Assembly (NCBI RefSeq): GCF_009914755.1
Contig: NC_060943.1
Strand: one strand, 5' to 3'
DNA length: 64,000 nt
From: the human T2T-CHM13v2.0 reference genome, Homo sapiens
Of the stretch, positions 58,717-64,000 are shown piece after piece. The position numbers and the translations under genes were made by a program. The stretch's first letter is position 1. Each line of letters opens with the position of its first letter. The notes beneath the pieces are model-generated. The model did not search any database, was not told where the DNA came from, and saw only the letters and a program-made list of their open reading frames with translations.

Positions 58717-59215
58717 CTGCACGTCGGTCCTCCCGGCGGTCTTCCGACAACACGTAGCGCTGGGGGCAGGCGCTTGGGGGCGGCGGCTGTGAAGAGGGGG
58801 CCGCAGGGGGCTCCTCCGCCCCAGCACCTGCCCCCGGCGCCGCCACACCTGGCCCCAGGATGGCAAAAATGGTCTCCTCTTCCGCGGAGAAAGCGTCCTC
58901 CGCGGCGGGCCCGGCGCCCTGCGTGGAGTGCGGCACGCGAGCGAGCTTCTCCTTGGTGCGGCGCTTGAAGTCGTTCCAGCGCTTCTGCACCTCCTGGCCC
59001 GTGCGCTTCCAGCTGGTGATACCGTTGATCTTGGCGGCGATGCCGTCCCACACGCGCCGCCGCTCTGCCACGCTCACCCGACGGCTCTGCGCGCCGTAGA
59101 GCTGCGGGTAGTGGGCGCGCACCTCGCGGATCAGGATCTGGTTCTCTTCGAATGAGAAGCGCGGCTTGCGCAACCGGGTGGTTTCCTCCGCTTCGCCCGC
59201 CGCCGCCGAGGCCAT
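58717..59215 (-). CDS. MYPOP: MYPOP (Myb-related transcription factor, partner of profilin) exon 2 coding part with Myb/SANT-like domain; exon begins at 59267
   Basis: GCGCCATGG Kozak; [32 protein letters not shown]...WDGIAAKIN...[11 protein letters not shown]; GTGAG donor at 58716. Confidence 0.98.
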
Positions 59216-60011
59216 GGCGCCCCCCGACGCCGCCGTCCTGCCGTCTGGCGCATGGGGGGCGCCGGCGCTGCGGGCAAAGGGCGCACGGGGCTGGCTGGGG
59301 TTCGGGGTCCCCCCGCCGCCGCCTCTCCCAGACCGCCGGGCCGAGAGCTCCTTAGTCCCCGGGGGCAGGAGTGGGGGCGGGGGGCGGGCGGGGGCGACGG
59401 GCACCCGGGTAAGTCGGAAGCGCCTAAGAGTAGCTGACACCGGCTGAGCGCTTGGCTCGGACTTCGCGCGGCGCGAAGTGCCACGCTGAAGAGTTGATAG
59501 AAATTGGGGGAGGGTCTGGAGGGATGGAAGGAAAGGAGGAAAAGTGCGAGGAGAGGAGGTGTCTGCAGGAGTTAGAGAATGGGGGCACGGGAGGATAGGA
59601 AATGGAGGGAGGATGGGGGTGCCTCGGGGGGGTCTTAGATGCATGAAGATAAGGAGATGCGGAAGGGGGGATGCAGCAAGAAGGGGGGAATCTGGAGCAG
59701 AGGAGGCGCTCTAGGGGCTCTAGGGGGCAACGGGGCGTCTGTAAGACCGATATGAGAAGGGCCCTTAGAGGGATGTCCAGGAATAATGGTGAGGTGGGAG
59801 CTCCTGTATCACTGGAAGAGCTGGAACGATCAAATATTAGGGATCAGGGTCTGCGAGGATTGTGGGGGCTCTGGGGATTGCCAGAAATTAAGGGGAGCTC
59901 TGGAAATAACGGGGGTCCCGTATCACAAGGAGACAACGGAGGCTACGGGGGACGGCAGGGAGAGCGAAGGTCGCGGAGGGTGGGGACCGAGTCGGGCCAC
60001 GGGTCACTCAC

Positions 60012-60070
60012 CGGCTCCGCCGCAGCCGCCGGTGGGTCAGGGCTCGGGCTTCTGCGGCCTGTTCCCACCC
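60012..60070 (-). other. MYPOP: MYPOP non-coding exon 1 (5' end approximate)
   Basis: GCCG|GTGAGT consensus donor at 60012/60011 inside a CpG island. Confidence 0.75.
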
Positions 60071-60420
60071 CCCGCCTCCCTCCCTCCCCTCTTTCGGCCC
60101 CGCCTCCGGCCGCCCCGCATGCCAAGGCGCAGGCGCGCCCAGGGCCAGTCGGCCCCAATGCCCTTACCGCCAGGGTTTCATTCCCACCTACCCCAGCACA
60201 GCGCAGGCGCAGAACTGCGCTCCGCCGAGCCCCACCAGCAGGCCGCAACTGCGCAGCCGCAACGTTAGCGCCGCGCGGGTACCCCAGCTTCCTGGGGCCA
60301 CAACGGCGCACGCGCAAAAACTCCATCGCGCGCATGCGCGTGCCTCGGGTTGTACCCGGTACCGGGTCTCGGCGCAGGCGTTGCGAGCTTGGATGGGAGA
60401 GATGCTGGGAGCGCGCCAGT
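60070..60420 (-). promoter_or_regulatory. MYPOP: MYPOP promoter with GC boxes and clustered NRF1-type motifs
   Basis: GCGCAGGCGC (60127, 60201), GCGCACGCGC (60306), GCGCATGCGC (60330-39). Confidence 0.75.
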
Positions 60421-61003
60421 ACCCAACCTTTCGGACAGTCTTCCAGCCCACCCTGCCCTCTAACCAAAGGGGAGGGAGACAGCGCTGAAGGGAAGCGCTT
60501 TGTCTCCTTGACAACTGTGTGGGTGGGGTGGAGGCGTGAGGAAACCGCTTTGCCTCCTGGCTTGCCCGCCCCTGCGCTGGGCCGCTCCAGAGCTTCCCAC
60601 CTCGCACCCCTAGAGGCTGGGCGTCCTGGGGATGTCCCGCCCCGGGCGGATGCAGTAACCATAGCGACCCACAAGCCTTCCAGTCACGCCTTGGGGGCCC
60701 CTCTGTGCGCACCTTTACCTCGAGGAGCGGGGAAAATAAGAGGGAAGAGCTTCCTGGCTGGTAGGAAGGGAGATCCTGACGCCGGCACGACTTTAAGCAA
60801 GTGCATGGAGACAGGAATGAAGCCAGAACGCAGGTGGGGTGAGCCGCATGGCAGGATGATGGAGCTCAGTCCGGCTGAGAAATGTGTTCGTTAGCATCCT
60901 GCAGGAGTCCTCAAGGTCATTCGACAATTGGTGCTTCATTCATCGACTCAATAAATATACATGAGCACTTACACAGTTCCTGGTACAATGAACATAAAAG
61001 CTA

Positions 61004-61545
<542 letters not shown>

Positions 61546-61596
61546 TCATGAGCAGGGGTAAGAAAAGGATTAGGAAAGCGAGGGGAGACTAAACTA

Positions 61597-62130
<534 letters not shown>

Positions 62131-62164
62131 TCACGAGGTCAGGAGATTGAGACCATCCTGACTA

Positions 62165-62365
<201 letters not shown>

Positions 62366-62429
62366 TTAAAAAAATAAGAACAACAACAAAAAAAACACAA
62401 TCAAAAAAAGATACGTGAGTGTAAAGTGA

Positions 62430-63183
<754 letters not shown>

Positions 63184-63346
63184 CTGGGGACCCCGGGGAG
63201 GCATTCGGGGAGCTGCATTCAGGGAGCTGCTGCCTCCATGGCAGTCCAGGCAGAGAGTTGAGTCTAAACCTGGCTCTGGGTTCACGAGGCGGTGGGAGGT
63301 GGAGAGCCACAGGCAGTGGGGTATGGAGCTCCACAGATGTGGGTAG

Positions 63347-63562
<216 letters not shown>

Positions 63563-64000
63563 TGAGTACCTGGGACTACAGGGGCACGCCACCACACTTG
63601 GCTAATTTTTGTTTTTTTTTTAGTAGAGATGGGATTTCACCCGTGTTGGCCAGGCTGGTCTCAAACACCTGACCTCAGATGATCCACCTGCCTTGTCCTC
63701 CCAAAGTGCTAGGATTATAGGCATGAGCCACTGTGCCTGGCGAAGGGCCACATTTTCAAAACTGTGAGTTGTGAGTCCTTTTTTTTTTTTTTTTTGAGAC
63801 AGAGACTTGCTCTATGACCCAGACTGGAGTGCAGTGGTACAATCATGCAATCATGACTCAAACTTCCAGGCTCACCCTCCCACCTCAGCCTCTAGAGTAG
63901 CTGGAACTACAGGCACACACCATCATGCCCGGCTAAGTTTTAAAATTTTTTGTAGAGACAAGATCCCACTGTGTTGCCTAGGCTGGTCCCAAATTCCTGG

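Noticed and set aside
59671-60894. 407-aa ATG-initiated ORF antisense to MYPOP exon 1 and promoter
   Set aside because: Low-complexity R/G/P/A composition, no domain, and it crosses a CpG island; a divergent transcript from the promoter would not include its ATG. Ribo-seq or PhyloCSF would be needed to revive it.

Overview
Alu-dense, GC-rich mammalian (human) genomic DNA that I recognise from the encoded proteins as the 19q13.32 cluster SYMPK - FOXA3 - IRF2BP1 - MYPOP. Four genes are present. (1) SYMPK (symplekin, minus strand): non-coding exon 1 plus seven coding exons (847 nt, about 282 codons); the gene runs off the left edge. (2) FOXA3/HNF3-gamma (plus strand): complete, 2 exons, 350 aa, TATA promoter, head-to-head with SYMPK about 1.2 kb away. 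(3) IRF2BP1 (minus strand): intronless, 584 aa. (4) MYPOP (minus strand): 3 exons, 399 aa. I checked coding-exon boundaries by hand for GT/AG and reading phase. The rest is dozens of Alus (including a young AluYb8), L1/L2/MIR fragments, LTRs, two DNA transposons and microsatellites. I see no rRNA, tRNA, CRISPR array or convincing new protein-coding gene, and nothing that amounts to a proven new system. The best leads are regulatory. SYMPK exon 1 has a perfect TISU-element AUG that is in frame with symplekin and separated from it by a single UGA. The FOXA3 3' UTR has a cryptic ~45-nt repeat that creates clustered miR-27/miR-101 seed matches. Tandem STAT6-type sites and an HNF1-like palindrome overlap the FOXA3 3' end. 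A chain of candidate 3' enhancers is bracketed by convergent CTCF motifs. MYPOP has an overlapping uORF, and IRF2BP1 has an open in-frame leader. All motif calls were made by eye and need experimental or conservation support; TSS positions and repeat boundaries are approximate.
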